Notes: generated from the sequence alone by a model not told the origin. 64,000 nt of DNA from an uncultured Actinomycetes bacterium (GCA_963709345.1 CAVPVX010000002.1:96001-160000), one strand, 5' to 3'. Counted from the first letter of the stretch, positions 19,881-32,436 are shown. Translations and numbers: made by a program.

Positions 19881-20622
19881 TGAGCACCTCCCGCGCGAGG
19901 GCACGGTACGCTTCTGCTCCCCTGCCGGTTGGATCGTACTTGAGGACCGAGGCCCCCGTCACGGGCGCCTCGGCGAACTTGATGGTCTTGCGCACCACCG
20001 TGTCGAAGACGAGGTCGCCGAAGTTCTCGCGCAGGACCTCGATCGACTCCCTGCCGTGCAGCGTACACGCGTCGAAGAGCGTCGGTAAGATGCCCTTGAT
20101 GCGCACCTCGGGATTGAGATTCTCGCGGATCATCTCGAGCGTCCGCTCCAGCTGCAACAGCCCGCGCAGCGAGAGGTACTCGCACTGGACGGGCACGATG
20201 ACTCCTTCGGATGCAGTGAGCGCGTTGATGGTGAGCAGGCCGAGGCTCGGGGGCGTGTCGATCAGGATGTAGTCGTAGCGCTCACGTACCGCGTCGAGGG
20301 CGCGCTGCAGAGCCCGCTCGCGCCCGATCATCGTCGCCAGCGCCATCTCGGCGCCGGCCAGGTCGATCGTGGAGGCGGCGACGTCGAGTTCGCGCTCGTA
20401 GATGACGTCCTCGATGGGCGTACGATGCACGAGCACGTCGTACATGCTCTTCTCGAGGTCCTCGGTGTCGATGCCCTGACTCATCGTCAGGTTGCCCTGC
20501 GGGTCCATGTCGACCGCGAGCACGCGCAGATCGTGCTCCCGGAGGGCCGCGCCGAGGTTCACCGTCGAGGTGGTCTTCGCCACCCCGCCCTTCTGATTGG
20601 CGAACGCGATGACATGCGCCAT
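19864..20622 (-). CDS. Soj/ParA-family ATPase (orphan; no adjacent parB)
   Basis: Deviant Walker [41 protein letters not shown] and FAEAP motifs. Confidence 0.94.
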   Translation of the reverse strand: MAHVIAFANQKGGVAKTTSTVNLGAALREHDLRVLAVDMDPQGNLTMSQGIDTEDLEKSMYDVLVHRTPIEDVIYERELDVAASTIDLAGAEMALATMIGRERALQRALDAVRERYDYILIDTPPSLGLLTINALTASEGVIVPVQCEYLSLRGLLQLERTLEMIRENLNPEVRIKGILPTLFDACTLHGRESIEVLRENFGDLVFDTVVRKTIKFAEAPVTGASVLKYDPTGRGAEAYRALAREVLNGRSS

Positions 20623-20692
20623 GTGAGCGTTACCCCTGTGTCGACTCCACGTCAGAACGCAGTTCTGTACGCAGGCAAGAATCCCTGCACGA

Positions 20693-20723
20693 CACGGGCC
20701 CCGCAGGTTCTGCGGGGCCCGTG
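20693..20723. terminator. Perfect 14-bp stem-loop downstream of yajC (terminator-like, no U-tract)
   Basis: CACGGGCCCCGCAG-gtt-CTGCGGGGCCCGTG, 40 nt after the yajC stop. Confidence 0.5.
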
Positions 20724-20763
20724 GGAGGTTCCTTTGAGATCATCCCGGTCGAGGTCGGGAGCG

Positions 20764-23511
<2,748 letters not shown>

Positions 23512-23515
<4 letters not shown>

Positions 23516-24081
23516 CGCGACCTCTTGCGCGCCGCACGCTGCTGCCACGCGTCCCACTTGCTCGCGGCGCAGCCGCAGTAGGGCTGCCGGTACAGGTCGA
23601 ACCGCCGGCTCTCCGCATAGCTCTGCCGGAACGACTCGCGCAGGTCGAGGTAGACGAAGGTGACGCCGTGCTCGGCGGCAGCCGCTTCGCCGGCCGCCTC
23701 GATGAGATCGTGCCGCTGGTAGGGGCTCACGCTGAGGGTCGTGCTGAACCGAGGTACGCCGAGCCGGGCGGCCGCAGCGGCGGCCGCACCGAGGCGGAGG
23801 CCGAGGCACGTGGCGCAGCGCTCGCCCGGCGTCGCGACCTTGAGCGACGCCTCCCACTCGCGCCACACCGCCACCGGAGCCGGCTCGCATTCCTCTACGA
23901 GTTCGACGCCGGCCGCGCGGCTGAAGCGCCGCAAGCTCTCGGTGCGGCGCTCCACCTCAGCGGCCGGCTGGATGTTCGGGTTGTGGAACCACGCGACGGG
24001 CTCGACGGCGCGATCGCGCCAGGCAGGCACGACGACGGTCGAGCACGGTCCGCAGCACGCGTGCAGGAGCAGATCGGTCAT
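23512..24081 (-). CDS. queH: Epoxyqueuosine reductase QueH (DUF208)
   Basis: LLHACCGPCS, NPNI, RCATC, FSTTLSVSPYQ and YRQPYCGC motifs. Confidence 0.92.
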
Positions 24082-24087
24082 CGTCCG

Positions 24088-24093
24088 AGTATA
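24088..24093 (-). promoter_or_regulatory. -10 TATACT for leaderless queH-queA-tgt-yajC
   Basis: Box 6 nt before ATG 24081; no SD. Confidence 0.6.
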
Positions 24094-24208
24094 GCGCGAC
24101 GCCTGGGGCGGCTCCCATCCTGGGACGGGTCCGGCCGGACGACCGGCATCCCGCGCTTCACGGCGGCACCGGGCGCCTGAGCGGTTGCGAGCGACTCCGA
24201 CCCCCCGG

Positions 24209-25243
24209 TCAGCTTTCGTCGAACAGGGTGCCCGACTGCGCCGGCGGCGTGAGACCGCAGTGCTGGAATCCGCTGCGCGTCAGCACGCGCCCGCGCGGAG
24301 TGCGCTTGAGAAACCCCTGCATGATCAGATAGGGCTCGTACACGTCCATGACCGTGTCGGCCTCCTCACCCAGCGCCACCGCAAGCGTGTCGAGGCCGAC
24401 GGGCCCGCCGTCGAACTTCTGCGCGATGGCACAGAGGATGTCGCGGTCCAGCTTGTCCAGCCCTTCAGCGTCCACCTGGAAGAGCTCCAGAGCGTCCAGG
24501 CAGATGGGGCAGTCTATGATCCCTTGGTGGCGGACCTCGGCGAAATCACGGACGCGCCGCAACAGCCGGTTGGCGACGCGCGGCGTGCCGCGAGAGCGGC
24601 CGGCGATCTCGAGCGCCGAGTCGTCGTCGATCGTCACACCGAGGATCCCGGCGGACCGCCGCACGATCGCCGCCAGCTCCTCGATCTCGTAGTACTCGAG
24701 CCGCTGCCAGACGCCGAAGCGGTCGCGCAGCGGCGTCGTGAGCAGGCCGGTGCGCGTGGTCGCGCCGATCAGCGTGAACGGCTGCACCTGCATGCGGATG
24801 CTGCGCGCCGCAGGGCCCTCGCCGATCATGATGTCGATCTCGTAGTCCTCCATCGCAGGATAGAGGACCTCTTCGACCGCCGCGTTCAGACGGTGGATCT
24901 CGTCGACGAAGAGGACGTCGCCCTCCTGGAGGTTGGTGAGCAGCCCGGCGACGTCGACCTTGCGCTCGAGAGCCGGTCCCGACGTCGTATGCATCCCAAC
25001 GCCCAGCTCGTGCGAGATGATGCCGGCCAGCGTGGTCTTGCCGAGGCCGGGAGGCCCTGCGATGAGCACGTGGTCGAGCGTGTCGCCCCGGTTGCGCGCC
25101 GCCTGGACGAAGATCTCGAGCTGCTCCTTGGCCGCGCGCTGACCGACGAAGTCGGTGAAGCGGCGCGGCCGCAGACTCAGCTCCAGGTCGCGGTCGTCGT
25201 CGCGCTCGTTGGGGTCGCCGATACGATCGACCGGCGGGCTCAT
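24209..25243 (-). CDS. ruvB: Holliday junction branch migration helicase RuvB
   Basis: [34 protein letters not shown] and RTPRGR motifs. Confidence 0.97.
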   Translation of the reverse strand: MSPPVDRIGDPNERDDDRDLELSLRPRRFTDFVGQRAAKEQLEIFVQAARNRGDTLDHVLIAGPPGLGKTTLAGIISHELGVGMHTTSGPALERKVDVAGLLTNLQEGDVLFVDEIHRLNAAVEEVLYPAMEDYEIDIMIGEGPAARSIRMQVQPFTLIGATTRTGLLTTPLRDRFGVWQRLEYYEIEELAAIVRRSAGILGVTIDDDSALEIAGRSRGTPRVANRLLRRVRDFAEVRHQGIIDCPICLDALELFQVDAEGLDKLDRDILCAIAQKFDGGPVGLDTLAVALGEEADTVMDVYEPYLIMQGFLKRTPRGRVLTRSGFQHCGLTPPAQSGTLFDES

Positions 25244-25845
25244 CCGGCGTTCCGGTCACGCGTGAGCGCGAACTTCACGAGATCCTCGAGCGGTACGCCC
25301 TCGGGAGCGCCGCGCAGAGACTCCTCCGCCTCGCGCAAGCTCAGCCCCAGATTCTGCAGCGCCGACCGCGCCGCGATGAACGAGTCGGTGGGCGCGGGGT
25401 CGCCGGCGCCCACGGCTTCGCCGGAGCTCACCGGCGGCAGCTCGCCCACCTTGTCTTTGAGCTCGACGACCAAACGCTGGGCGAGCTTCTTGCCGATGCC
25501 CGGGATGCTCTCGAACTTCTTCACGTCGTCGCGCGCGACGGCCAGCTCCAGCTCCTCCACCGGGTACCCGGACAGCACCGCCAGGGCCACCTTGGGTCCC
25601 ACCCCGCTGACGGCGATCAGCCAGAGGAAGAAAGCGCGCTCGCGCACGCTGCGAAAGCCGAAGAGCTGCAGGGCGTCCTCACGCACGTGAAGGTGCGTGT
25701 GCAGCGTGACCTCGTCACCGAGCTGTGCGCTCAGACTGCCGAGTGTGCGCCCCGACGCCAGCACCTCGAGACCGAGGCCGCCGAGCTCCACGACCGCATG
25801 ATGGCGGTCGACCAACTGCAGCGTACCGCGCACGACGGCGATCAC
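25240..25845 (-). CDS. ruvA: Holliday junction DNA-binding protein RuvA
   Basis: [20 protein letters not shown] and [19 protein letters not shown] motifs. Confidence 0.96.
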   Translation of the reverse strand: MIAVVRGTLQLVDRHHAVVELGGLGLEVLASGRTLGSLSAQLGDEVTLHTHLHVREDALQLFGFRSVRERAFFLWLIAVSGVGPKVALAVLSGYPVEELELAVARDDVKKFESIPGIGKKLAQRLVVELKDKVGELPPVSSGEAVGAGDPAPTDSFIAARSALQNLGLSLREAEESLRGAPEGVPLEDLVKFALTRDRNAG

Positions 25846-26357
25846 CTGCGGCCTCCCGAAGGCCGGCGCATCGCGTCCTGAAAGGCACGGCCGTTGTGGT
25901 GCGTGTGCGTGATCGCCACGGCGAGCGCGTCGGCCGCGTGGTCTGGCTGCGGAATGTGGGAGAGCCCCAGAATGACCTTGGTCATCTCCTGCACCTGGAT
26001 CTTGCTCGCGCGGCCGTACCCCGTGACCGCCTGCTTGATCTGCAGGGGCGAATACTCGCGCGGGGCGGTCTCGAGCTCCGAGGCAGCCAGGTACAGGACG
26101 CCCTTCGCCTGCCCGACCGCCAGGGCCGTCTTGACGTTCACGTTGACGAAGAGCTCCTCGAGTACGACGATATCGGGTTCGAAGCGACGGATGAGCCCGC
26201 GCGCCTGATCGTGGATCTGCCGCAGGCGGACGTGCGTTTCGTCCTTGGCTGAGGTGACGATGCAGCCGTGGCCCAGCGAGCGGAGCTTGTTGCCGTCCTG
26301 CTCGATCACGCCCCAGCCGGTACTCGCCGTTCCTGGGTCGAAGCCCAGCACGACCAT
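25842..26357 (-). CDS. ruvC: Crossover junction endodeoxyribonuclease RuvC (start may be TTG 26408)
   Basis: LGFDPG, EELF, IKQAVTGYGRASK and DHAADALAVAITH motifs. Confidence 0.95.
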   Translation of the reverse strand: MVVLGFDPGTASTGWGVIEQDGNKLRSLGHGCIVTSAKDETHVRLRQIHDQARGLIRRFEPDIVVLEELFVNVNVKTALAVGQAKGVLYLAASELETAPREYSPLQIKQAVTGYGRASKIQVQEMTKVILGLSHIPQPDHAADALAVAITHTHHNGRAFQDAMRRPSGGRR

Positions 26358-26411
26358 CTTGCCCCCCGGCCGCTGCGGGTGCGCGGCCGCCCCCCCGGGC
26401 TTCGTCAACGG

Positions 26412-27161
26412 TCAGCCCGCCAGGGCCTCGAGGACGTCCTCGGGGATGTCGAAGTTGGCGAAGACCTCCTGGACGTCGTCGCTGTCTTCGAGCGCGTCGA
26501 CGATCTTCATGGTCTTTCGGGCATCGTTCTCCACGAGTTCGACCGTGTTCTTCGGGATCATCGTGAGCTCGGCCTGCACGAACTCGATGCCGGCGGCTAC
26601 GACGGCGTCGCGCACCGCCGCGAACTCGGCCGGCTCGGTGAGCACCTGGAACTCGTCGCCGTCCTGCGCCACGTCGTCGGCGCCGGCGTCGATGGCCGCC
26701 GCCATGATGTCGTCCTCGTCGAATCTGGTGCCGTCGATGACAATGGAACCCTTGCGCTCAAAGACCCACGCCACTGCGCCGGGCTGCGCCAGTTGACCGC
26801 CGTGTTTGCTGAAGATATTGCGGATGTCGGCAGCCGACCGGTTCTTGTTGTCGGTGAGCACGTCGACGATGATCGCGACTCCGGCGGGCCCGTAGCCTTC
26901 GTACATGATGCTCTCGTACGCGGCGCCGTCGGTGCCGCCACCGCCGCGCTGGATCGCGCGCTCGATGTTGTCTTTGGGCATCGACTCGGCCTTCGCCTTC
27001 TCGACTGCGTTGGCCAGTGCGATGTTCATGCTGGGGTCGGTGCCGCCCTCACGTGCGGCCACGGTGATGGCGCGCGAGAGCTTTGAGAACAGCTTGCCCC
27101 GTTTGGCGTCGGTCTTGCCCTTCTTGTGCTTGATCGTCGCCCACTTGGAGTGTCCGGACAC
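26412..27161 (-). CDS. yebC: YebC/PmpR family protein
   Basis: SGHSKWATIKHKK, YEGYGPAG, TDNKNR and DDVQEVFAN motifs; AAGGGAGG SD upstream of GTG. Confidence 0.95.
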   Translation of the reverse strand: MSGHSKWATIKHKKGKTDAKRGKLFSKLSRAITVAAREGGTDPSMNIALANAVEKAKAESMPKDNIERAIQRGGGGTDGAAYESIMYEGYGPAGVAIIVDVLTDNKNRSAADIRNIFSKHGGQLAQPGAVAWVFERKGSIVIDGTRFDEDDIMAAAIDAGADDVAQDGDEFQVLTEPAEFAAVRDAVVAAGIEFVQAELTMIPKNTVELVENDARKTMKIVDALEDSDDVQEVFANFDIPEDVLEALAG

Positions 27162-27180
27162 GAGGACACCACCTCCCTTC

Positions 27181-27927
27181 TTAGCGGTGGCCGGCGGCCG
27201 CTGCGGCGGCGCGGCCCGGCTCGCCGGAGGCTTGCGGCTCGGCCGCGCCCCGAGGCGCGGCCGCCGCAACCGCCCGGCGGCGGATCATCGTGATGAACAG
27301 CCCATGCATGCGGGCATCGTCGGTGAGCTCGGGGTGGAACGCCGTCACGAGTACGGCTCCCTGCCGAGCGGCGACGATGCGGCCGCGGTACGTGGCCAGC
27401 ACCTCCACGGACGGCGCCGCATTCTCGATCCACGGCGCGCGGATGAACACGGCCCGCACCGGCGCGCCGCCGATGCCTGCAACCGCAAGATCGGCTTCGA
27501 AACTGCGCACCTGACGGCCGAACGCGTTGCGACGGGCGACGATGTCCATGAGACCGAGCGTCGGCGGCGTGCCCTCGACCGTCTCTCGCGCGACCGTGAT
27601 GAGGCCCGCGCAAGTGCCGAAAATCGCGCCTCCCCCCGCGGCGAACTCCCGGATGGGGCCGGCCAAGCCGTACGTCGCCATGAGCTTGCTGATCGTCGTG
27701 CTCTCGCCGCCGGGGATGACCAGCCCGTCGAGACCGGCCAGGTCGGAGACCCTGCGGACCTCACGCGTCTGCACGCCAAGACCTTCGAGCATGGTCCGGT
27801 GCTCGCGAAAGTCGCCCTGCAGAGCGAGCACGCCCACGACCACGCCGACGCCCGGACCACGAGGGTCGAGCGCCGGCTCCGGTGACAGGATCCAGTCCAG
27901 TCGCTGCGTACGGCCGAAGGCGGTCAC
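27181..27927 (-). CDS. pdxT: PLP synthase glutaminase subunit (start 27927 or 27843)
   Basis: [39 protein letters not shown] and FHPEL motifs. Confidence 0.95.
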   Translation of the reverse strand: MTAFGRTQRLDWILSPEPALDPRGPGVGVVVGVLALQGDFREHRTMLEGLGVQTREVRRVSDLAGLDGLVIPGGESTTISKLMATYGLAGPIREFAAGGGAIFGTCAGLITVARETVEGTPPTLGLMDIVARRNAFGRQVRSFEADLAVAGIGGAPVRAVFIRAPWIENAAPSVEVLATYRGRIVAARQGAVLVTAFHPELTDDARMHGLFITMIRRRAVAAAAPRGAAEPQASGEPGRAAAAAAGHR

Positions 27928-27940
27928 GGTGCCCCCGGTC

Positions 27941-28825
27941 TCACCAGCCGCGGTGCTGGATCTTGGCTTCTTCGGGCATGCCCGCCGCGTCGATGCCGGG
28001 CATCGCCTCGCCGAGACCGACGCTGACCTCGGCGAGCACGGCGGCGTCGCGGTAGTTGGTCGCCGCCTTGACGATGGCGTTGGCGCGGCCTTGGGGGTCC
28101 TCGCTCTTGAAGATGCCGCTGCCGACGAACACACCCTCGGCGCCCAGTTGCATCATGAGCGCGGCGTCGGCCGGGGTGGCGATGCCGCCGGCGGAGAAGT
28201 TGACCACCGGGAGCTTACCGTTCACGGCGACCCATTTGACGAGGTCGTAGGGGGCCGGCAGCTCCTTGGCGGCCACGAAGAGTTCGTCAGGGTCGAGCGT
28301 CTGCAGATGGCGGATCTGGCCCATGATCGTGCGCATGTGGCGCACCGCCTCGACGACGTCGCCGGTGCCGGCCTCGCCCTTGGTGCGGATCATCGCGGCG
28401 CCCTCGCCGATGCGCCGGAGCGCCTCGCCGAGGTTGACGGCGCCGCAGACGAAGGGCACGTCGAACTTCCACTTGTTGATGTGGTTGGCTTCGTCGGCCG
28501 GCGTGAGCACCTCGCTCTCGTCGATGTAGTCGACCTCGAGCGACTCGAGGATCTGCGCCTCGACGAAGTGGCCGATGCGCGCCTTGGCCATGACGGGTAC
28601 CGAGACGCAGGCCTGGATCTCCTGGATCTTGGTGGGATCGGCCATGCGGGCGACGCCGCCCTGGGCGCGGATGTCCGAGGGGACACGTTCAAGAGCCATG
28701 ACGGCGCAGGCGCCGGCATCCTCGGCGATCTTCGCCTGCTCGGCGTTGGTGACGTCCATGATGACGCCGCCCTTGAGCATCTCGGCGAGGCCGCTCTTCA
28801 CGCGCATGGTGCCGATATCAGTCAC
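27941..28825 (-). CDS. pdxS: PLP synthase lyase subunit
   Basis: [29 protein letters not shown] and [10 protein letters not shown] motifs. Confidence 0.97.
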   Translation of the reverse strand: MTDIGTMRVKSGLAEMLKGGVIMDVTNAEQAKIAEDAGACAVMALERVPSDIRAQGGVARMADPTKIQEIQACVSVPVMAKARIGHFVEAQILESLEVDYIDESEVLTPADEANHINKWKFDVPFVCGAVNLGEALRRIGEGAAMIRTKGEAGTGDVVEAVRHMRTIMGQIRHLQTLDPDELFVAAKELPAPYDLVKWVAVNGKLPVVNFSAGGIATPADAALMMQLGAEGVFVGSGIFKSEDPQGRANAIVKAATNYRDAAVLAEVSVGLGEAMPGIDAAGMPEEAKIQHRGW

Positions 28826-28852
28826 GGGGACCTCCGTTGGGTTGCTGCACTG

Positions 28853-28858
28853 ATTCTA
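28853..28858 (-). promoter_or_regulatory. -10 TAGAAT for the pdxS operon
   Basis: Near-consensus hexamer 27 nt upstream of the GTG start, with a GGAGG SD between. Confidence 0.5.
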
Positions 28859-28939
28859 TCGCAGCGCCCAGACATCACGCCACCGGTGGGAGCAGCCCAG
28901 AATGCCCACCTTTGCGGGGAAAACCGTACCGAATTGGCG

Positions 28940-31012
28940 TCAGCCCTTGTGCGCTTCTTCTTTGTCCTTGGCGGCTTGGTCGACGATCTTCTGGGTCAGG
29001 TGAGCCGGGACTTCCTCGTAGCGGAGCATCTCCATGTGGTAGTCACCACGGCCGCCCGTCATCGACGTGAGGTCGGGTGCGTACGTCAGCATCTCGGCCA
29101 GCGGTACCTCGGCGCCGATCACGTTGCTGTGCCCGCGCGGCGTGGTGCCGAGCACCCGGCCGCGCCGCGAGTTGAGGTCGCCGATGATATCGCCGACGTT
29201 GTCGTCGGGCACGGTGATCTCGACGCTCATGATCGGCTCCAGCAGTACAGGTTGGGCCTTCTCGGCCGCGGCTTTGAAGCCGATGGAGCCGGCGATCTGA
29301 AACGCCATGTCGCTCGAGTCGACCGGGTGGTACTTGCCGTCGTAGAGCTTGACGTGGACGTCGACGACCGGATAGCCGGCGAGAAAGCCCTCGGCCATGG
29401 CTGCGCGCACGCCCTTCTCCACGGCGGGGATGTAGTTGCGCGGGATCGCGCCGCCGACGACCTTGTTCTCGAACTCGAACCCGTCGCCACGTGGCTGCGG
29501 GCGGACCTCCATCCAGGTGTCGGCAAACTGGCCGCGCCCCCCCGTCTGCTTCTTGTGCTTGCCCTCGGCCTTCGCCGTGCCCTTGACTGTCTCGCGATAC
29601 GGCACGCGCGGTGGCTTGAGCTCCACCTCGACACCGAAGCGGCGCCGCATGCGTTCGACAGTGACCTCGACATGGACCTGGCTCATGCCGCCGACGATCA
29701 TTTCGCCGGTCTGGTCGTCATGGTGCACCTCGAGCATGGGATCTTCTTCGCTGAGGCGCCGGAGGGCGGTGATGACCTTGTCTTCCTCACCCTTGCTCTT
29801 GGCAGTGATGGCGAAGCTCATGAGCGGCGTCGGGAAGGCGATGGGCGGGAAGCTCACGATCTCGGACTCAGCGCACAGCGTGTCGCCGGTGACGACCTCT
29901 TTGAGCTTGGCGATCGCGCCAATGTCGCCGGCGACCAGCGCCTCCGAGGGCTTGCTCTCCTTGCCCATCGTCTTCAGCAGCTGGCCGAGACGCTCCTTGT
30001 GGCCGTCACGCGCGATGACGACCTGGGAATCGCTGCTCACTGTGCCCTGGAAGACGCGGAACACGTTGACGTGGCCGCTGAAGGGGTCGGCGAGCGTCTT
30101 GAAGACGAAGGCGACCGCGGGCTTCGCGGGATCGCACCCGAGGGGTACCGCTTCCCCGTCACGGAAGGCGACGGGCAACGGGACGTCGGCGGGCGACGGC
30201 GCCAGAGCGAGCACGTCGAAGAGGTGATCGACGGCGACGTTCGCGGTCGCTGAGGCGCAGGCCACCGGGAAGAGCTGGGCGCCGGCGACGGCGCCGGCGA
30301 ACGCCGCATCGAGCTCGGCCTCGGTGATCTCCTCGTCCATGAGGTACTTCTCGGCGAGGTCGTCGTCTGTGCTCGCCACCGCGTCGACAAGCTTGTCGCG
30401 GGCCGCGGCGGCCGCGTCGGCAAGCGCGGCGGGAATGTCGCCCACGCTGGGTTTGCCGCCGACGTAGGTGTAGGCCTTCATCGAGAGCAGGTCGACCACA
30501 CCGCTGAAGTCGTGCTCCTTGCCGATCGGCAACTGCACGGCGACGACCTGCGCCCCAAACGACTCCTGCAAGAGCGAGACGGCGTGCTCGAAGTCGGCGC
30601 GTTCACGGTCGAGCATGTTGCAGACGATGACGCGACCGAGGCCGCGAGTGGCCGCGCGGTCCCACATGCGCTCGGTCTGGACCTCGACGCCGAGGACTGT
30701 GTTGATCACGACGAGAGCGGTCTCCACGACCTGCAGCGAGGCGATTGCGTCGGCGACGAAGCTCGAGTCGCCGGGCGTGTCGATGAGGTTGAACGAGAGC
30801 CCCCCGCGGTCGACGTGCGCCAGACCGGCCGAGAGGCTCATCTGGCGCTTCTTCTCGTCATCGCCCCAGTCGGAGACGGTCGTGCCATCGGAGACGTTGC
30901 CCAGACGAGTGACCCCACCGGCGTCGAAGAGCAGCGCCTCGAACAACGACGTCTTGCCGGTACCGCGGTGGCCGACGAGAGCGATGTTCCTGATCTTGGC
31001 TGGGTCGTTCAT
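28940..31012 (-). CDS. Elongation factor G-like paralog (EF-G2/FusA2)
   Basis: Full five-domain EF-G layout (PRVPYRET, KKQTGGRGQF, DGKYHPVDSSDMAF, GDLNSRRG). Non-canonical G motifs; not in the rpsL-rpsG-tuf operon. Confidence 0.93.
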   Translation of the reverse strand: MNDPAKIRNIALVGHRGTGKTSLFEALLFDAGGVTRLGNVSDGTTVSDWGDDEKKRQMSLSAGLAHVDRGGLSFNLIDTPGDSSFVADAIASLQVVETALVVINTVLGVEVQTERMWDRAATRGLGRVIVCNMLDRERADFEHAVSLLQESFGAQVVAVQLPIGKEHDFSGVVDLLSMKAYTYVGGKPSVGDIPAALADAAAAARDKLVDAVASTDDDLAEKYLMDEEITEAELDAAFAGAVAGAQLFPVACASATANVAVDHLFDVLALAPSPADVPLPVAFRDGEAVPLGCDPAKPAVAFVFKTLADPFSGHVNVFRVFQGTVSSDSQVVIARDGHKERLGQLLKTMGKESKPSEALVAGDIGAIAKLKEVVTGDTLCAESEIVSFPPIAFPTPLMSFAITAKSKGEEDKVITALRRLSEEDPMLEVHHDDQTGEMIVGGMSQVHVEVTVERMRRRFGVEVELKPPRVPYRETVKGTAKAEGKHKKQTGGRGQFADTWMEVRPQPRGDGFEFENKVVGGAIPRNYIPAVEKGVRAAMAEGFLAGYPVVDVHVKLYDGKYHPVDSSDMAFQIAGSIGFKAAAEKAQPVLLEPIMSVEITVPDDNVGDIIGDLNSRRGRVLGTTPRGHSNVIGAEVPLAEMLTYAPDLTSMTGGRGDYHMEMLRYEEVPAHLTQKIVDQAAKDKEEAHKG

Positions 31013-31093
31013 CCGGGGTCTCCTCGTGTGTCCTTCGCCGGCACCTCGCGCACGGGCGCGCGAGCGACCGGTCGTGTCCTGTCGGAAGGGTGA

Positions 31094-31102
31094 AGTCTAG
31101 CA
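31094..31102 (-). promoter_or_regulatory. Extended -10 (TG-C-TAGACT) for the EF-G paralog
   Basis: Intergenic, about 80 nt upstream of the ATG. Confidence 0.55.
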
Positions 31103-31141
31103 CAGGGCCCGGGGATCAGACGCGCCTCCGGCGGCCTCTCG

Positions 31142-32398
31142 TCAGGGCGTCTCACCCGCGGCCGTAACGAGCTCGTCCGGCCCCGGCGCACCGGGATGGA
31201 AGGACCGTGCCGGCGACTCCCGCTCGAGGCACCCGCGCGCAAGAGCGCCGCCGGCGAGCGTGAGCGCTTTGAACCCATACTTCTCGCGCACCTTGTCGAC
31301 AGCCTCGCCGAGCGCGACCTCGCGCCAGCCGTCGTCGAGCGTGAGCTGGAAGGCGTTGTGGGTGAAGCCGCTCATGCTCACGCCGACCAGGCGCACCCAG
31401 CGCGCCCCGACATCGAGCTCGTCGAGCAGCGCCGCGGCCGTCTCGTAGAGAGGTCGCGCGGCGCCGACCGGCAGCGCCAGCGTGCGACGCCGGCTCACCG
31501 TGTGGAACGTGGAGAACCGCACCTTGAGCGTCACGGTGCGTGCCGCCAGCCCCTTGCGCCGCAACTCCGCGACGGCGTGATCGGTGAGCGAGAGCAGCGT
31601 CGCACGCAGAAGACCGGGGTCGTTGACGTCGTTGCCGAAGGTGACTTCGCGGCCGACCGACTTCGGCAGCGGCCGCTCGCTGCGCACCGGCGAGAGACTG
31701 CGCCCCAGTGCGAGCTGGCGCAAGCCGTGAGCGCCGCGGCCGAAGGCCGCGGCGAGCAGCGGGAAGGGCACGTCTTGCAGCATCCCTACCGTGGCCAGGC
31801 CGAGAGCGGCGAGCCGCTCCTGCGTGACCGGCCCGATGCCGCAGACCTCGCCCACCGGCAGGTCGCGCAGGCGACCGTGCACGTCGGCGGCGGTGAGCTC
31901 GCCGATGCCGGCCGGCTTGTACATGCCGGCGGCCAGCTTGGCCAGCACCTTGGTGGATCCGATGCCTATGGAACAGGTGACGCCATGAGCGTCGAACACC
32001 TGCTCCTGGATGCGGTGAGCGATGGTCCGCGGCGGACCGAACAGCCGCCGGCTCCCGGTGACGTCGAGGTACGCCTCGTCGATGGACGCCACCTCGACGA
32101 GATCGGTGTACCGCCCCAGCAGTTCCACGAGGGAGCGATGCACCGCCAGGTACGCCTGCATGTCGACCGGCAGGAACACCCCGCTCGGGCAGAGCCGCTC
32201 GGCCCGCATGATGGGCAGCGCGCTGTGCACCCCGTAAGCGCGCGCCTCGTAGGAGCAGGCCGAGACCACACCACGGCCGCCGCGCTCACCGCCGACGATC
32301 ACCGGCAAGCCGCGCAGCTCGGGACGACGCGCCTGCTCGACCGAAGCGAAGAAGGCGTCCATGTCGAGGTGGAGGATCTGCCGTTCGGATACGAACAT
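31142..32398 (-). CDS. dinB: DNA polymerase IV
   Basis: ILHLDMDAFFASVE, SYEARAYGV, SIDEAYLD, LAKLAA...KPAG and KSVGREVTF motifs. Confidence 0.95.
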   Translation of the reverse strand: MFVSERQILHLDMDAFFASVEQARRPELRGLPVIVGGERGGRGVVSACSYEARAYGVHSALPIMRAERLCPSGVFLPVDMQAYLAVHRSLVELLGRYTDLVEVASIDEAYLDVTGSRRLFGPPRTIAHRIQEQVFDAHGVTCSIGIGSTKVLAKLAAGMYKPAGIGELTAADVHGRLRDLPVGEVCGIGPVTQERLAALGLATVGMLQDVPFPLLAAAFGRGAHGLRQLALGRSLSPVRSERPLPKSVGREVTFGNDVNDPGLLRATLLSLTDHAVAELRRKGLAARTVTLKVRFSTFHTVSRRRTLALPVGAARPLYETAAALLDELDVGARWVRLVGVSMSGFTHNAFQLTLDDGWREVALGEAVDKVREKYGFKALTLAGGALARGCLERESPARSFHPGAPGPDELVTAAGETP

Positions 32399-32407
32399 AC
32401 GTTCGTA
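32390..32407. promoter_or_regulatory. LexA (SOS/Cheo) box TACGAAC-ATAC-GTTCGTA overlapping the dinB start codon
   Basis: Exact match to the Gram-positive/actinobacterial CGAAC-N4-GTTCG consensus, with 7-bp arms. Confidence 0.88.
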
Positions 32408-32436
32408 CCCTACTCCCGGCAGGGCCGCGCGGTCAA
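32407..32436 (-). promoter_or_regulatory. dinB promoter TTGACC-18-TAGGGT
   Basis: Good -35 and -10 boxes; the -10 ends 8 nt before the ATG. Confidence 0.65.

Noticed and set aside
20653-20667. GAAC...GTTC palindrome upstream of parA-ftsZ as a LexA box
   Set aside because: The spacer is 3 nt rather than the required 4, and the flanking C/G are absent; kept only as an unassigned palindrome.
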